From Octopus vulgaris (Eukaryota), in assembly GCA_951406725.2 (NCBI GenBank), contig OX597826.1, forward strand, positions 7,812,001 to 7,876,000: a DNA stretch of 64,000 bases, given 5' to 3'. Shown here piece by piece: positions 1-14,676 of this stretch; the stretch's first letter is position 1, and every line of letters begins with the position of its first letter. The notes beneath the pieces were generated by a model. The model had not been told where the DNA came from, did not search any database, and saw only the letters and a list, made by a program, of their open reading frames with translations. The position numbers and the translations under genes were made by a program.

Positions 1-49
<49 letters not shown>

Positions 50-105
50 TTGTTATTATTATGATCATTATTATAACTATTATTGTTATTCTCATTATTA
101 TTATT

Positions 106-650
106 GAGTGAGAGAGTAGTGCATGCCATCAAAGTGACACTGGGGTAAAATATACGAAGCCCAGTATACCTATCATGACTGCCCGTCTGATAAGGGTACA
201 CCAGGCACATGCATCACAACCGTACGTGCACGACATGGTGATCTCATATCAAGACAAACAGCGCATGACCTTGCAGGTGGGGACCAGTTAGAATTTTCTT
301 CTGGTCGAATAGCCCATCCAGCTGAAAAGGTCCCTGAATAAGGATTGTTTAAGGATTTTGAACGAACCACCCATGTTTCCAAAAGTAAATTATCCAAACC
401 TCCAAGATTTTCTTTCAACACAGGGATATGATGCTCTCCCACAACATCTGCTTGTGATCAGTGATGCACAGATTGTCAGCCACTAAGGGACATGCTCAAC
501 TGGTTATGGTCAAAAACAATTGAAAAGCAAATCTGTGGTATTGAGCAGGATATTTGCTCTAGCCCATCTTTTATACAAAGCCAAAACAGTGTACATGATT
601 ACACTTCCAATCAGTTAAGATCAGAAGCCATGAGAGTCACAGCCTGGTAG
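106..650 (-). mobile_element. ~550-bp non-coding interspersed repeat (SINE-like) embedded in (TAT/TAA)n
   Basis: Complex sequence with (TAT)n on both sides and no credible ORF; recalled as an abundant octopus repeat (memory only). Strand inferred from a (TAA)n tail on the minus strand. Confidence 0.55.
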
Positions 651-680
651 TGTTATTATTATTTTCATTATTATATGTGT

Positions 681-1085
681 TAAGGCGGCGAGCTCGCAGA
701 GTTATTCCAATGCCGGGCGAAATGCTTAGCGGTATTTCGTCCGCCGCTACGTTCTGATTTCAAATTCCGCCAGGTCGACTTTGCATTTCATCCTTTCGGG
801 GTCGATTAAATAAGTACCAGTTACGCACTGGGGTCGTTATAATCGACTTAATCCGTATGTCTGTCCTTGTTTGTCCTCTCTGTGTTTAGCCCCTTGTGGG
901 TAGTAAAGAAATAGGTATTTCGTTCGTCTTCACGTTCTTAGTTCAAATTCCGCCGGGCGGACTATACCTTTCATGCTTTCGGGGTCGATAAATTAATTGC
1001 CAGTTACACTCTGGGGGTCGATGTAATCGGCTAGTCCCCTCCCCCAAAATTTCGGGCCTTGTACCTTTAGTAGAAACGGTGATTA
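681..1085 (+). mobile_element. tRNA-derived SINE family A, with partial internal duplication
   Basis: Head AAGGCGGCGAGCT, B-box-like TTCAAATTCC and core TTTCATCCTTTCGGGGTCGAT..AAGTACCAG, with the core present twice. Homologous to 25996-26220 and 62360-62937. Confidence 0.85.
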
Positions 1086-1107
1086 TCGCGCGCGCGTGTG
1101 CGTGTGA

Positions 1108-1139
<32 letters not shown>

Positions 1140-1143
<4 letters not shown>

Positions 1144-1275
1144 TTCTATTAGACTGCAGCCATGTTATGACACCACCTTGAAGGTTTAACCGAACAAATC
1201 GACCACTGTAGGTACTTTTCAAAGCCTGGTACATATTCTGTTTCTTTTGCCGAACTGCTAAGTTATGAGGACATG
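1140..1275 (-). mobile_element. SINE family B, 3' fragment
   Basis: Reverse complement matches the 3' half of 31429-31803 (GACTGCAGCCATG, TTTTGCCGAACTGCTAAGTTA). Confidence 0.7.
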
Positions 1276-1291
1276 AGAAAGCATACACACA

Positions 1292-1336
<45 letters not shown>

Positions 1337-2039
1337 ACACACACACACGTACACACACGTATATAGACAGACATATCGACATTTATGTATATATATATAT
1401 CAAACACAGTACATATTGTTTCCAGTATAATGCTCTGTGTGTTTGTGTGCGCATGTGTGTGTGTCTGTGTGTGTGGCAGTACGCTAATTAACCAAAACGT
1501 TATTTTCCACTTAAACCAAAAAATAATCATTATAACGATCTTCAGATATTGTAATTTTTGGTAGAGCAGTCAAATCAGTATCTCTAATATCAATCCATTG
1601 GAATCAAATATAGCTTTTTTGACAATCCTGATATGATGTTCAGCCAGGTCTAACTATCACCGCCTAGAACTTCTGTGAATATTAAAACAATTTTGTTTTT
1701 TCCTTGAGTTTATTTATTATTTTCATCCTTCGCATATTCTATTTTTTTATCCTCTTGATTGGCGTAATCGTCCGTTCGATCAGATGAAGACTGCTTCTAT
1801 GGACTGAGACGCTGCAAAGCCAATAAACCAGCCCTGACTACCATTAAGTATTTGGAGGAATCGTGCTGGCTGCTCCTGTTAAGCTCCGAATGAACTGCAA
1901 GTTTTTTGTGTTATTGATAACTATCTGTTTATGTCTCTGCATGTGAATATTTTTAACGTGGACAATAGGAGCGATACTGCAAGGCTTTCAATGGGGCATT
2001 ATCCATCATTAAAGTTAAGATAACGTTAACATATTAGTA

Positions 2040-2510
2040 TTATACACACACACGCACTAACACACACACATACACAAACACACACACGTTCATACACAAA
2101 GACAAATACACACTCAGGCACACGCACACACATACAAACACACTAACACATACACAAACACACACACTCATACACAAACACAAATATACACTCTCAGGCA
2201 CACGCGCACACACACAAACACACTTATACATACACAAACACACACACATTAACACACACACATACACAAACACACACACGCTCATACACAAACACAAATA
2301 CACACACTCAAGCACACGCACACACACACCATCACATACACTCACACACAAACACAAATACACACACTCAGGCACACGCACACACACACACCATCACATA
2401 CACTCACATACAAACACACATACATACACATATACACTTTCTCACACAAGCACAAACACACAAACATACACACAAACACGAACACACACACACAAAGACA
2501 CACATGAGCT
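2040..2510. repeat. Degenerate CA-rich minisatellite
   Basis: Recurring higher-order motifs such as CATACACAAACACAAATACACAC and CTCAGGCACACGCACAC. Confidence 0.8.
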
Positions 2511-2514
2511 AATA

Positions 2515-2760
2515 GATTCGTTAAGTACATGAGAAAATGCTTCGCAGCATTCGTCCATCTTTATGTTTTGAGTTCAAATTCCTCCGACGTCGACTTTGCC
2601 TTTCATCCTGTCAGATTCGATAAAATAAGGATGATCTGAGCACTGGGCTCGATGTAGTTCCCTTAATCAATCTCCACCACCACCATTACCACCACCACCA
2701 CCACCACCACCACCACATCTTTGTGGCCTTGTACCAAAATTTGAAACCGATATTACAAAC
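2515..2760 (+). mobile_element. SINE family A, decayed
   Basis: GAGTTCAAATTCCTCCGACGTCGACTTTGCCTTTCATCC core. Confidence 0.65.
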
Positions 2761-2849
2761 AGACACAAACACACACACAGAGCAATGACAGTTTAATTGG
2801 ACGTTGATTAACTGATGAAGAAAAAGCAAAATCTATCTTTTATCTTTAA

Positions 2850-3050
2850 TTGTTTTAGTTACTGGACTACGGCCACGCTGCAGCACCACCTTGAAGAATT
2901 TTTAGATGAGTGAATGGACCCGAGTACTATTTTTTTAGCCTGGCATATTCTATCGGTTCTTTTGTCGACCGTTAAGTCAAGGGGACTTAAACAAACCAAC
3001 ATCGATTGCCAAGCGGTGTTGGTGTGTTTACACAACATAACACACACACA
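2850..3050 (-). mobile_element. SINE family B, 3' fragment
   Basis: Similar to 56778-56960 (GGCCACGCTGCAGCACCACCTT, TATTCTATCGGTTCTTTTG). Confidence 0.7.
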
Positions 3051-3149
3051 CCTGTTAATGTAAAAGGTAGAAAAGTAACCTTCGAGTAGATATGAATAAG
3101 GAAAATACGAGGTAGAAAATGCTAAAATGATTTTATCATGAAGAAACTT

Positions 3150-3187
3150 TTAGTACCGGTTTCCCCCTTTTAGACTTCTTCAACTAA
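3150..3187 (-). ncRNA. Minimal hammerhead ribozyme motif (U3 variant, weak stem II)
   Basis: Minus strand: ttag UUGAAGA agtctaaaagggg GAAAC CG GUA ctaa. Stem I ttag/ctaa; palindromic stem III ACCGGT. Confidence 0.55.
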
Positions 3188-3253
3188 GAGTAAAATAAGA
3201 TAAACAATTAAGTTGGACAAAAAAAATGAGTGAAATGTTTGGGAAATATTTTC

Positions 3254-3255
<2 letters not shown>

Positions 3256-3286
<31 letters not shown>

Positions 3287-3555
3287 TGTATGTATGTATG
3301 TATGTATGTATGTATGTAGGTAGGTGTGTATGTATGTATGTATGTATGTATGTATGTATGTATGTATGTATATATGTATGTATGTATATATGTATGTATA
3401 TACGTATGTATTTATGTATATATGTAGATGTGTATGTATATATGTATGTATGTATGTATGTATGTACGTATGTACGTATGTATATATGTTGGTGTGTATG
3501 TATGTATGTATGTATGTATGTATGTATGTATGTATGTATGTATGTATGTATGTAT
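3256..3555. repeat. (TATG)n microsatellite
   Basis: Direct inspection. Confidence 0.95.
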
Positions 3556-3852
3556 AGCGTATTTGAAGTGTTGTACAGATATTGTATATTGAGAAAAAGA
3601 AGGCACTCACAACTTTGGATAGTCCTCTATTAGTACTTTCGTTCGTTTACGAATTCGTCAAAACAAAATCAAAATGGTAAAAACAGAACGTTTCGTTGTC
3701 CATTTTATATGAATCGGACGTTTTTCTTTTTTGTTAGAAGAGGAGAATATTGTTTTTGTTTTCTTTTAATTTTGGCGGAAAAGGGCTGAGAGTGAGAAAG
3801 AAAAGAAAAAAGGGGGTAGAGAGAGAGAGGTTTCAGGACATTCAAGAAACAT

Positions 3853-4949
<1,097 letters not shown>

Positions 4950-4950
<1 letters not shown>

Positions 4951-5736
4951 GCAATGGTTGAGAAGCTCAGGACTCAAAGCAGGAACAGAGGGATTTTTAA
5001 TTGCAGCACAAGACCAAAGCCTCCCCACCAGAAATTACCAAAAACATGTAATGAAAAGAAATATTACAAGTAACTGCAGAATATGTGGAGATGGACAAAA
5101 AACAATAAATCATATTATCTCTAGCTGCCCAGTCCTGGCTAAGAAGGAATGTATTCACAGACATGACAGAGTTGGAACCTACATACATTGGAAGCTATGC
5201 CAACATTATGGAATAACAACAGAAAAAGATGGTATAGGCACACACCAGAAAAGGTCACAGAAAACGAGAAAGCAACCATACTCTGGGATATGCCGATACA
5301 CACAGATAGAGAAATTAAGGCCAACAGACCAGATATAGTTGTCAGAGATCATGAAGAAAAAAATGCTTTCTAATTGATGTATCAATACCGGCAGATGACA
5401 ACGTGTCTCTAAAAGAAATGGAGAAACTCTCAAAATACAAAGACCTGGAAATAGAGGTAACTAGAATGTGGAATCTGAAAACAGAAACAATTCCTATCAT
5501 AGTAGGTGCATTAGGCATGATAAAAAAATATTCAGACAAATACATAACAAAAACACCAGGACTTACAAACACATATAACATACAGAAAATTGCACTACTA
5601 GGCACTGCACACATCCTACGCAGAACACTTTCCATACAATAACCAACAGAGCATCACAACAAATCACAGCACATACCCAAGGCACAGAGAGCTGCGCTCG
5701 GTAGTGAAGTGAAAGCACGCTATAAAAATAAAACTA

Positions 5737-5740
<4 letters not shown>
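4950..5740 (+). mobile_element. 5'-truncated R4/Dong-like non-LTR retrotransposon (zinc knuckle + restriction-like endonuclease)
   Basis: Across two frameshifts: LKAGTEGFLIAAQDQSL, CRICG..INHIISSC (CCHC), HRHD, ILWDMPIHTDREIKANRPDIVV, EKLSKYKDL, PIIVGALG, LLGTAHILRRTL*; then a short 3' UTR and (TAA)n. Confidence 0.92.
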
Positions 5741-5776
<36 letters not shown>

Positions 5777-5777
5777 C

Positions 5778-6560
5778 AGTTCATCTGTTTCTCTTACAAA
5801 CATTTAATTTTGAAAAGAATTTGCTGAAGAATCGCAGCTCCATTGCTTTTCGGAATTTTGGGTCATCTCTTGAATATTTGTGAAAGAGAAAGATTTTGAA
5901 CTTTCCTTCACCGAATATTTCTAGATGCTTGCTCGGTGGAATCTTGCACAATTCCTCTTGTCGGATCTGTTGTCTGTGGTTTCTTGCACGTTGGGTGAGG
6001 GAATTGCTTCTTTCGCCAATGTAATTTCCCTTGCAGTTAGGACAAGTAATACAGTATGTGAGATTCTGGGTGTTGCAGTTCATATCTACATTTAATTTGA
6101 ATGAGAATCCGCTCTTCAATTTTCTGTGGGAACTACTTTCTATGTATTTAAAATTGTTGTTGCATGTTCCATATCTGCTATCTCCACATTCTTTTATGGA
6201 GAATTCTGATTCATTTTCTGAGGTGAATTTTGCTCTTGTGTGATGCTTTTTCAGGTTTTTTGGTTGGCGTCTACTGTATCATAAAGGGATTTTATCAGTC
6301 AGATCTTTCATTTTGGGGCTTTGTAGGAGTTTAGGTAGGTTATGATTTTGTGGCGTTAAAGATGTTGGTCACCCCAGGTGTGTGCCTATTTATAAATGGA
6401 ATATTGTGCTCATTATTTTTTTCCTTTGGTGTCCTCTGGTATCCTCAGCTTTATTGCCTTTTAAATTCCCTCGGTTATTAATCCTTAGGGGTATTTTTGC
6501 AATACCAGGAAGTCTTTGAGTTCGTTGAGTTGTATTTGATTCGTCATTTATATCTTTATT
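5778..6560 (-). mobile_element. Penelope-like element fragment (GIY-YIG endonuclease)
   Basis: ORF 5781-6119: CNTQNLTYCITCPNCKGNYIGERSNSLTQRARNHRQQI, a GIY-YIG motif homologous to 34100-34250. Confidence 0.85.
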
Positions 6561-6684
6561 GCCGAAAAATTCTATAAGCCGCAGGTCGCGTTTAAAATGC
6601 TCAATGCTTTTAGTTCAATGAGATTAAATGTGGGTGTTGGGGTAAATTTGGGTGTTGGGAGATTCATCTCATTCTTATTGTAGT

Positions 6685-6758
<74 letters not shown>

Positions 6759-6814
6759 GATTATATTTGCTGAGGTTTATATTCATATCTATAGATAGAT
6801 AAAGATATAGATAT

Positions 6815-6965
6815 GAAGGGCTTCTACAGTTTCTGTTTATCAAATTCACTCACAAGGAATTAGTGGGTTCGGAGCTATAGTAGAAGAAATTTCCAAAAGT
6901 GCCACGCAGTGGAACTGAACCCGAAACCATGTGGTTGCCAAGCGAGCTTTTTAACCACATTGCTT
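6815..6965 (-). mobile_element. SINE family B, 5' half
   Basis: GTGCCACGCAGTGGAACTGAACCCGAAACCATGTGG is the reverse complement of the family B head. Confidence 0.75.
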
Positions 6966-7964
6966 TGCCCATTCGTGTAATAATTTTCTGATAACCTATC
7001 TTTGTCCTCTTTGGGTGGCCAAAATACTTTGCAACGGATACCCAACTTTGGTCTCCGGTCAGCAAAAGGAAGTTATCAGCTTTCATACACTCGGCAAATA
7101 AAATCTCTTCGCGGAACATTACAAACAGGCGTTTCAGTCTTTGATACCTAAATTACAATGATGGTGGATATGTTTCCTTTTCAAAAGTGAGCTCCATAAT
7201 TATGAGAGAAATTCATATACTTATAAGAAATACATGCGTTACAAAGCATATTGGTAAGACCATTCCATTCGAAACATTTCATCAATTTAAACTTACAAAG
7301 CCTCGCAGAGATGTTCAGATAGAAAGAGAGGAATGAAAAGATATTTCCCGTTATAGAGATCTGCGGTTTTGGAAATTTTCAACATTTTTTTCAAAATCAT
7401 TCAGAAAGATAATATTTACGCACCATTTGTTCCAAAATACAGCTTCCATACCGCTATAAGAAATATGGATATGTATGTAGGATTATTAGTGAATTTCCCT
7501 ATCTTACTTGCAGTATATATCGGATTGCTTAAAAGTTACCTTCTTCTGGTTATTACAATCATCATTTGACAAGCGTTTGCAAATAAAATCTAGAAACAGA
7601 ACAGTAAAAATATGCAAGATGTTTGAAAAGTTTTACTTCATCTTTGCTACTATTTAAAATATTCTGACGAAGCTTGGTTCCTTTGTTAATGTCCGGGTTC
7701 TTCTTTATAAGAATGCAAAAACTAGGAAAAAAACAATGCTAACTTACAGACAAATAGGAAAATACTTTCATACATTTAATATGCGTATGTGCATGTGTAT
7801 GTGTATCTATATAAACACAGCTGGACAGTGATTTCTTATGAATGCGCCTCTGCGTATGTTAGTACGTAGGACATATATATTGTGTGTGTCCAAGTTAAAC
7901 TGGAATGAAGAAATTATATACGGAGTGTAATATAATAATACACACACACACACACGTATTCATG

Positions 7965-7993
7965 TAGATAGACAGACAGGCAGACAGACAGAC

Positions 7994-8065
<72 letters not shown>

Positions 8066-8069
8066 TGAT

Positions 8070-8108
<39 letters not shown>

Positions 8109-8141
8109 GTAGGTAGGTAGGTAGGTAGGTAGGTAGGTAGG

Positions 8142-8221
<80 letters not shown>

Positions 8222-8230
8222 GATAGATAG
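7965..8230. repeat. (GATA)n/(GGTA)n microsatellite
   Basis: Direct inspection. Similar tracts at 9195-9565, 13890-14268, 22743-22925, 49398-49475 and 60824-60997. Confidence 0.95.
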
Positions 8231-9286
8231 TTACAGTTTATATAAAGCGAGGTACAGTGAGCGGTTGTTAGATAATTAAGTGAGATATATAAATAGGTGG
8301 ATGGAAAATTGAATGAAATTTTGAGAAAGAATGCAAGTACTAAAAAAAGCTTGGAGAAAAAATGGGAAAGAATACTTGAGTATAGAACTCAAATTGAAGA
8401 CAAGTGAATGAAGACAGAAAGAAAGAAAGAAAGAGTTTACAAGAAATCAAAAGAAGCAGAAGGGACAAGCTGTTTAATCAAAGAGCAAACGATATTCCCG
8501 AGGATGTTCAGTGAAATAACAAAGAAAATATGTAAGGAACAAAACGGATGTTAGATGAAAGCAATGGAGAGGAAGAGAAGGATGATGGGAATAATATGGA
8601 GGGAGACGGAGAGTGAGAGATCGTATGTTTGTGTGTGGGTGCTGTGGGGTGCGTGTAGATGACGTAAGCGGATAGAATTGGATTCAAGGGATTCGATGAA
8701 AAGTAGGCGGATACCTTAGATAAGAAGTGTATTGTAGATAGAGAGTAAGATTGAGCAAAATTTATGGAGAGGGACAAAGAGGAAGAAACAAAGACGTCGT
8801 ACGTAGATGATGGAAAGGAAGAAAGGAAGAAAGAAAGAAAGAATGAAAGGAATATCAAAATGGGAGAAAATGGAAAGAAACATAAATAGATGAAAGAAAT
8901 AGCGAATGAAATATGAATAATAAAGGCAAAAAGAAACAGTAAATGGAAGAAAATAAATGGAAGAAAATAAGCAGAAAAGAAAGGAGAGGGGAAAGGACAA
9001 ATAACGAGGAAATAAAAATGAAAAGAAAAGGGGTAAAAAGGATGGAAAGAAAGGTAAAAGAAGGAAAATGAGTGAAATAAAGAATGAAAGAGAAATAAGT
9101 TAGGAAAAAGTGTTAAATAATAGGTGATAAATGAGGTTACGTTGCTAACAAATACACGCACATTTTTGGATATTGGGTGAGTGTTTGGGTGGATAGATAG
9201 ATAGATATATATATATAGAGAGAGAGAGAGAGATGGATAGATAGATATATAGAAAGATAGATAGATAGATAGACAGACGGATAGAT

Positions 9287-9366
<80 letters not shown>

Positions 9367-9410
9367 GGAGAGATGGAGAGATAGAAAGATATATACATAG
9401 ACAGACAGAC

Positions 9411-9454
<44 letters not shown>

Positions 9455-9496
9455 TGATAGACAGACAGTCAGACAGACAGACAGACTGATAGATAG

Positions 9497-9562
<66 letters not shown>

Positions 9563-10461
9563 TCAGCTTAATGGAATAATAGACATTTGGATATGAAAAA
9601 AATAGATACATGGAGAGATAGGTCGACCGTTCGGTCGATCGGTCGATCGGTCGACTGGTTGGCTGGTCGGTCGACAGATTGGAAGATAGATACATAGGTA
9701 GACAGATTTAAAAGACGGAGCAATAATCATATATGTACGTGTGCATGTATGTGTGTGTGTGTGTGTTTGTGAGTGTGTCAAAGTGTATGCCCGCGCGTGG
9801 GTGTGCGTTTGTATGTGTGTAAATGTATATATATGTGTGTGTTATTTATCTATAGACATCTCTCTCTCTCTCTCTCTCTCTCTGTATATATGTGGTGGTG
9901 GGAGGGGTATGTATGCGTATACCCAGATATTTCTGAGTGTATGTATATATATGTATATGTTCCTCTGAGCATGTTTGTGTGTGTGTGTCTGAGGCAGGGC
10001 GGGGTGTAGTGTCTGAGAATGTATGTGCCTCTCTGTGTAGATGTGTCTTACAAAATATGCAGACAGGGAGAGCGAGAGAAAGAGAGAGAGACAGACAGAC
10101 AGACATACAGACAGAGAGAGAGAGGGGGGAGAGATGAGAGAGAGGATGAGAAAAATAAGCAGAGAGATGTAAGAGAGGAGCTGAAAGCAAGTGAGTTATA
10201 AAGAATTATCGATGACTCATCGAAGGCAATTGATGTTGAGAGAACTCTTTTAGCAACAGTGACCTCGATGCGATGTATTTCTGAGTGTACTTTAATGTGC
10301 GTGTATGCGTGTATATGTGTGCACGCATGTATGTATATATGTGTGTGTGTGTGTCCGTTCGTGCATATGTGTGTCTGTGTGTGTGTGTATTTGTATGCAT
10401 CATGTGTATATATGTATGAATGTCTGCGTTTGAGTGAGTGCACCATTGTGCATTGCATGCG

Positions 10462-10463
<2 letters not shown>

Positions 10464-10520
<57 letters not shown>

Positions 10521-10551
10521 GTATATATATATATATGTACGTATATATATT

Positions 10552-10583
<32 letters not shown>

Positions 10584-10589
10584 CATATG

Positions 10590-10676
<87 letters not shown>

Positions 10677-10709
10677 ATATACATATATATATATTTACTT
10701 ACATACACA

Positions 10710-10740
<31 letters not shown>

Positions 10741-10755
10741 GCATATATATATATA
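10464..10755. repeat. (TA)n microsatellite
   Basis: Direct inspection; one of dozens of TA/TG tracts in the window. Confidence 0.95.
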
Positions 10756-10896
10756 CAGTAATGTAAATGATAGAGAGAGAGAGGGCGGAGTTTTCGGTCC
10801 TTTATTTTCTTTCTCTTTGTTCCTCTGATCATATTATTTAAGCCAGGTAATTATTCTATCGATCTATATTTTTTGATGTTTTACTCACTCGCCTTT

Positions 10897-11110
10897 ATGA
10901 CATAACATTGGTTTTTGTCAAACCGTGACGTTATGTCGCACTGAAACACACCAGCCCCCGCCGCACATACTCTCGCACACGCAACATACGCGCGCGCGAA
11001 CGCGTCGTACTAAGACGAAGTTATCGACAAAAGTCTTTGACTCATCTCGCAACCTGCCGCACAGCAGGCACGAACATGAAACCAGATGTTATAAAGTGAA
11101 ATTCTTTACA
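10897..11110. repeat. Unclassified ~220-bp repeat, copy 1
   Basis: Aligns in direct orientation with 11884-12150 (CATAACA.TGGTTT.TTGTCAA.CCGTGACGTTAT.TCGCACT; GGCACGAAC.TG.A.CCAG.TGTTATAAA.TGAAATTCTT). Confidence 0.75.
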
Positions 11111-11328
11111 CCAAAACCTTGTGTCTAACAGTGTCTGTGTGTGTGTCTGTTTGTCTGTCTGTATGTATACACTGGCTGGCGGTATTTTTAATAAAATGAA
11201 TGAGTCTCGACATCATCTCCTTCGAAATAATCAGCTTGCGCAGCAATACACCGGCCTCGGCGTTCTAACCACATTTGGAATTGAACCTGGAAGTCGTTTT
11301 CCGTAAACGATTTGAGGACCTTCTGCTA

Positions 11329-11880
11329 TTGGGTTGTCCCGAATGTTCGTGCCGATTTTTAAAAGAAAGAAAAAGGTCAATAAATACTTGCCGTTACATT
11401 TTAAATCAACCAAATATGAACCATTTTGTTACGCAATGAGTCTCCATCTTCCCTTTAACTTCAAAATACCCTCTTCCCAGAATTGAGGGGGTTTCATGAC
11501 AAAGAATTTATCAAGGAATCTTTTTATGTCATCCAAGGAATTGAAATGTTTACCATTAAGACTATTCTGCAGAGACCTGAATAAGTGGAAATCCGGAGGA
11601 GCAATATCTGGTGAATATGGAGGGTGGGGTAACACATCCCAGCCGAGCCGCAGCAATTTTTGTCTGGTTCCCAAAGCATCAAGTAACGAAAATGAACTTT
11701 CTTATCTTCCATTTTAAAGGGTTACAAAATTAACACAGGTTATAGGAACATAAACCTTCTTCCACGAAAAGATAGCTTAAACTGTGCTCTAAATGGAGGT
11801 GTAGTCAAATCGTATTTTATGAACTCAAACATGTTCTAAAATAAGTCGAAAGGTAAGCTACTATAAATCGGACAACCCAA
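11329..11880 (-). mobile_element. Non-autonomous mariner (internal-deletion derivative)
   Basis: TIR TTGGGTTGTCC..., TA target duplication at both ends. N-terminal MEDKKVHFRYLML is joined to C-terminal TRQKLLRLGWDVLPHPPYSPDIAPPDFHLFRSLQNSL. One TIR carries a small deletion. Confidence 0.93.
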
Positions 11881-11883
11881 TAT

Positions 11884-11967
11884 TATAACATAACACTGGT
11901 TTATTGTCAAGCCGTGACGTTATATCGCACTCAAACACACTAGCACATACACCAACACACACACACA

Positions 11968-12032
<65 letters not shown>

Positions 12033-12150
12033 CACAGTCACGCGTCATATACAAACGTAGCTATTGACAAAGTCTACTACCCTCCGGCAATCTGCTGCAC
12101 ATCGGGCACGAACGTGGAGCCAGTTGTTATAAACTGAAATTCTTCACAGA
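11884..12150. repeat. Unclassified repeat, copy 2 (internal CA expansion)
   Basis: Direct-orientation homologue of 10897-11110. Confidence 0.75.
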
Positions 12151-12246
12151 CAAAGAAACAAACAGACCCCCCCACACACACACATATACACATCAAACAT
12201 GTATGTATGTATATATGTGTACAGTGGAAAATAACAATAGCGTAAC

Positions 12247-12385
12247 TTAGTTCCTCCGTACGTTTCACCATTGCAGCAATTTGGAATTCAGCATTGGATA
12301 TTCCAAGTGCATTTCAATGATACGTTACGATTAGATATCCATTTATGATTTGCAATAGCAATGGTGAAAGATACGTGGGTACTAA
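12247..12385. repeat. Small inverted-repeat element (MITE-like)
   Basis: TTTCACCATTGC (12263-12274) pairs with GCAATGGTGAAA (12358-12369), with imperfect extension outward. Confidence 0.55.
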
Positions 12386-12799
12386 ATATTTATACATCAC
12401 ATATACTCCGTGCAGCACGGAATTTTGTCAATGATCAGGTCGTGGTCTCAAAGCGACGCAAATATTTTAACAAATTAAATTTAAATTTAAATGTTGAAGT
12501 TAATCGAACGATTTTTGTGTGTTTTTAAATGGCTTATAAACACCTTCGAAGCTGCAATTGTTTTTGTTTCAGCACACGATCTCAGATCAGGTCACTTGCT
12601 ATGCAAGTACATCTCCGTAATACTTATGTAGTATTTTTTCTTAATATTTTCATTCGTGAGCATTACACTTTCTCTAACTCATTAATTAATTTTTAAGTAT
12701 TTGTTAGTCTTTGTAAGTATACATTTCACTTAATTCGCTTATCACTGTTTCTTTATCAAACTTGATTTTACTGGATTTTTATTAATTCTCCTGTCTCCA

Positions 12800-13870
12800 C
12801 GTATACCTTAGCCAATTTTTCAGAAACGAATCTCGTTCTAATTTCCCTACTGAATACATGCATTGCTTGTACATCTGGTGTACACAACTTATGGCCATCC
12901 ATTATCCAAGAGAGAATTGATTGCTATTCCACAACGCATGTATCCTTTTCCAGTCTGCTTAAACATTTTGGTTACAGGTGTTAGCACCAGGCTGAAAGAT
13001 AGTAACGATGATATTCCTTAGGAATACAACTCTCGTAATACGAATACATCTCGGTTTTATAATTCTCTCTTTTGTTGGAATCTGCAGAAGTGATTTCCAT
13101 TTACCCATGACAGATTTGATTCACCTGTTAATTACTATCGCAGATTTTCCCATGGTAGACATTTCCATAATCTGCAAGTGAGTTCGGTTGGGAAAAACCT
13201 TTCAGACATCGAATCCTTGATCATTATATCCCTACGAGTCTTTCATAATAGCTACTATTCTGCCGAAACAATGTTGCCTTATTCGCGTACATTGTGATAA
13301 TATAAATGTTACACTTTCTGTTTGGTAAAGGAAGACCGTTGATGGATCTGTGTTTGTTGGTATATGTTGATTTGTTAGCAGTGATGTTTAACTTCACTTC
13401 TCCCTTACGATCTAATGTCCTCCTGTATTTTTATCTTTTAAATTATTTCTAACTCGTGCGTCTGTTCCGAAACACCAAATTGCTATTCCAAAGATATTTC
13501 GCTGCTCTTTCTTATAAGTTGAACGACCACGCAGTGTCTGCCGCATTGCCTCGACATCCATCATGTAGATTAAGATTAAGATGGTGTTTTTATTTGTAAG
13601 ACAATCATGGGTTTTTTTGTTTGTTTTGGTTTTATTTCTTCAATACTTCATTGATTTTTTCCAATATTTTTTTCTTTGAGAGAAGTTTTGCGTACATGAG
13701 ATATAAATATATATTTGGCAAAAGTTTGGAGCAGTATCATGTTCTGGATACTTTCCAATTGCTCATGTTTTATAATATCTAAGATCCTTCGTGGGCTGTA
13801 ACTGCTTCCTGATATTGCGTTGCCAGTAGTCGTTTTCAAAATACTTGCTCTTGGCGGTCTGTTCGATGTT
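12800..13870 (-). mobile_element. Highly decayed R4/NeSL-type reverse transcriptase remnant
   Basis: Minus-strand peptides: NKHRSINGLP (like NYRPITCLP), IKSVMGKWKSLLQ, LTPVTKMFKQTGKGY..INSLL/MDGHKL (like HLLYMDDLKL); many stops and frameshifts. Confidence 0.55.
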
Positions 13871-13890
13871 CATGCACTTTCAGAATCATC

Positions 13891-13949
<59 letters not shown>

Positions 13950-13950
13950 G

Positions 13951-14005
<55 letters not shown>

Positions 14006-14006
14006 G

Positions 14007-14121
<115 letters not shown>

Positions 14122-14141
14122 GTAGATAGATAGATAGATAC

Positions 14142-14181
<40 letters not shown>

Positions 14182-14190
14182 TTAGATAGT

Positions 14191-14269
<79 letters not shown>

Positions 14270-14604
14270 TCTTTTGGCACTGTATTTTTCTTCTTTTTGC
14301 ATCTTTCCCAGTTCTTCACAGAAGTGTATTTTGAAGAAGGCTGCGTTTGTTTGCAGATCGAATGGCAACATAAAACAGTTCTGAGAACTTTCACTACGTT
14401 AGAATTTTTTATCTAAAAAAATTTTCTTACGGACTCCCAACGTTTGATAGTCTGTCAGACTTAAGCAATTAACTACAAATTCTTATTTGCAGCTCTCAAT
14501 TGCAGAATATATATCACTAAATAGGCAATTAAATAAATACAAGTATTTAAAATAAACCCCGCTTGTTTAATAAGATAATTGTTGGTACTTGTGTATATAT
14601 ATAA

Positions 14605-14676
<72 letters not shown>

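Noticed and set aside
1775-1820. Hammerhead-like CAGATGA...GAGACG
   Set aside because: Both core halves are mutated and the stems do not pair convincingly.
6965-7600. Possible old L1/Tx1 relic or exon on the minus strand
   Set aside because: Only faint motifs (NLGIKD) among many stops; cannot be supported.
8508-9695. 395-aa hydrophobic ORF
   Set aside because: Antisense of a purine-rich low-complexity tract plus (GATA)n; no domain.
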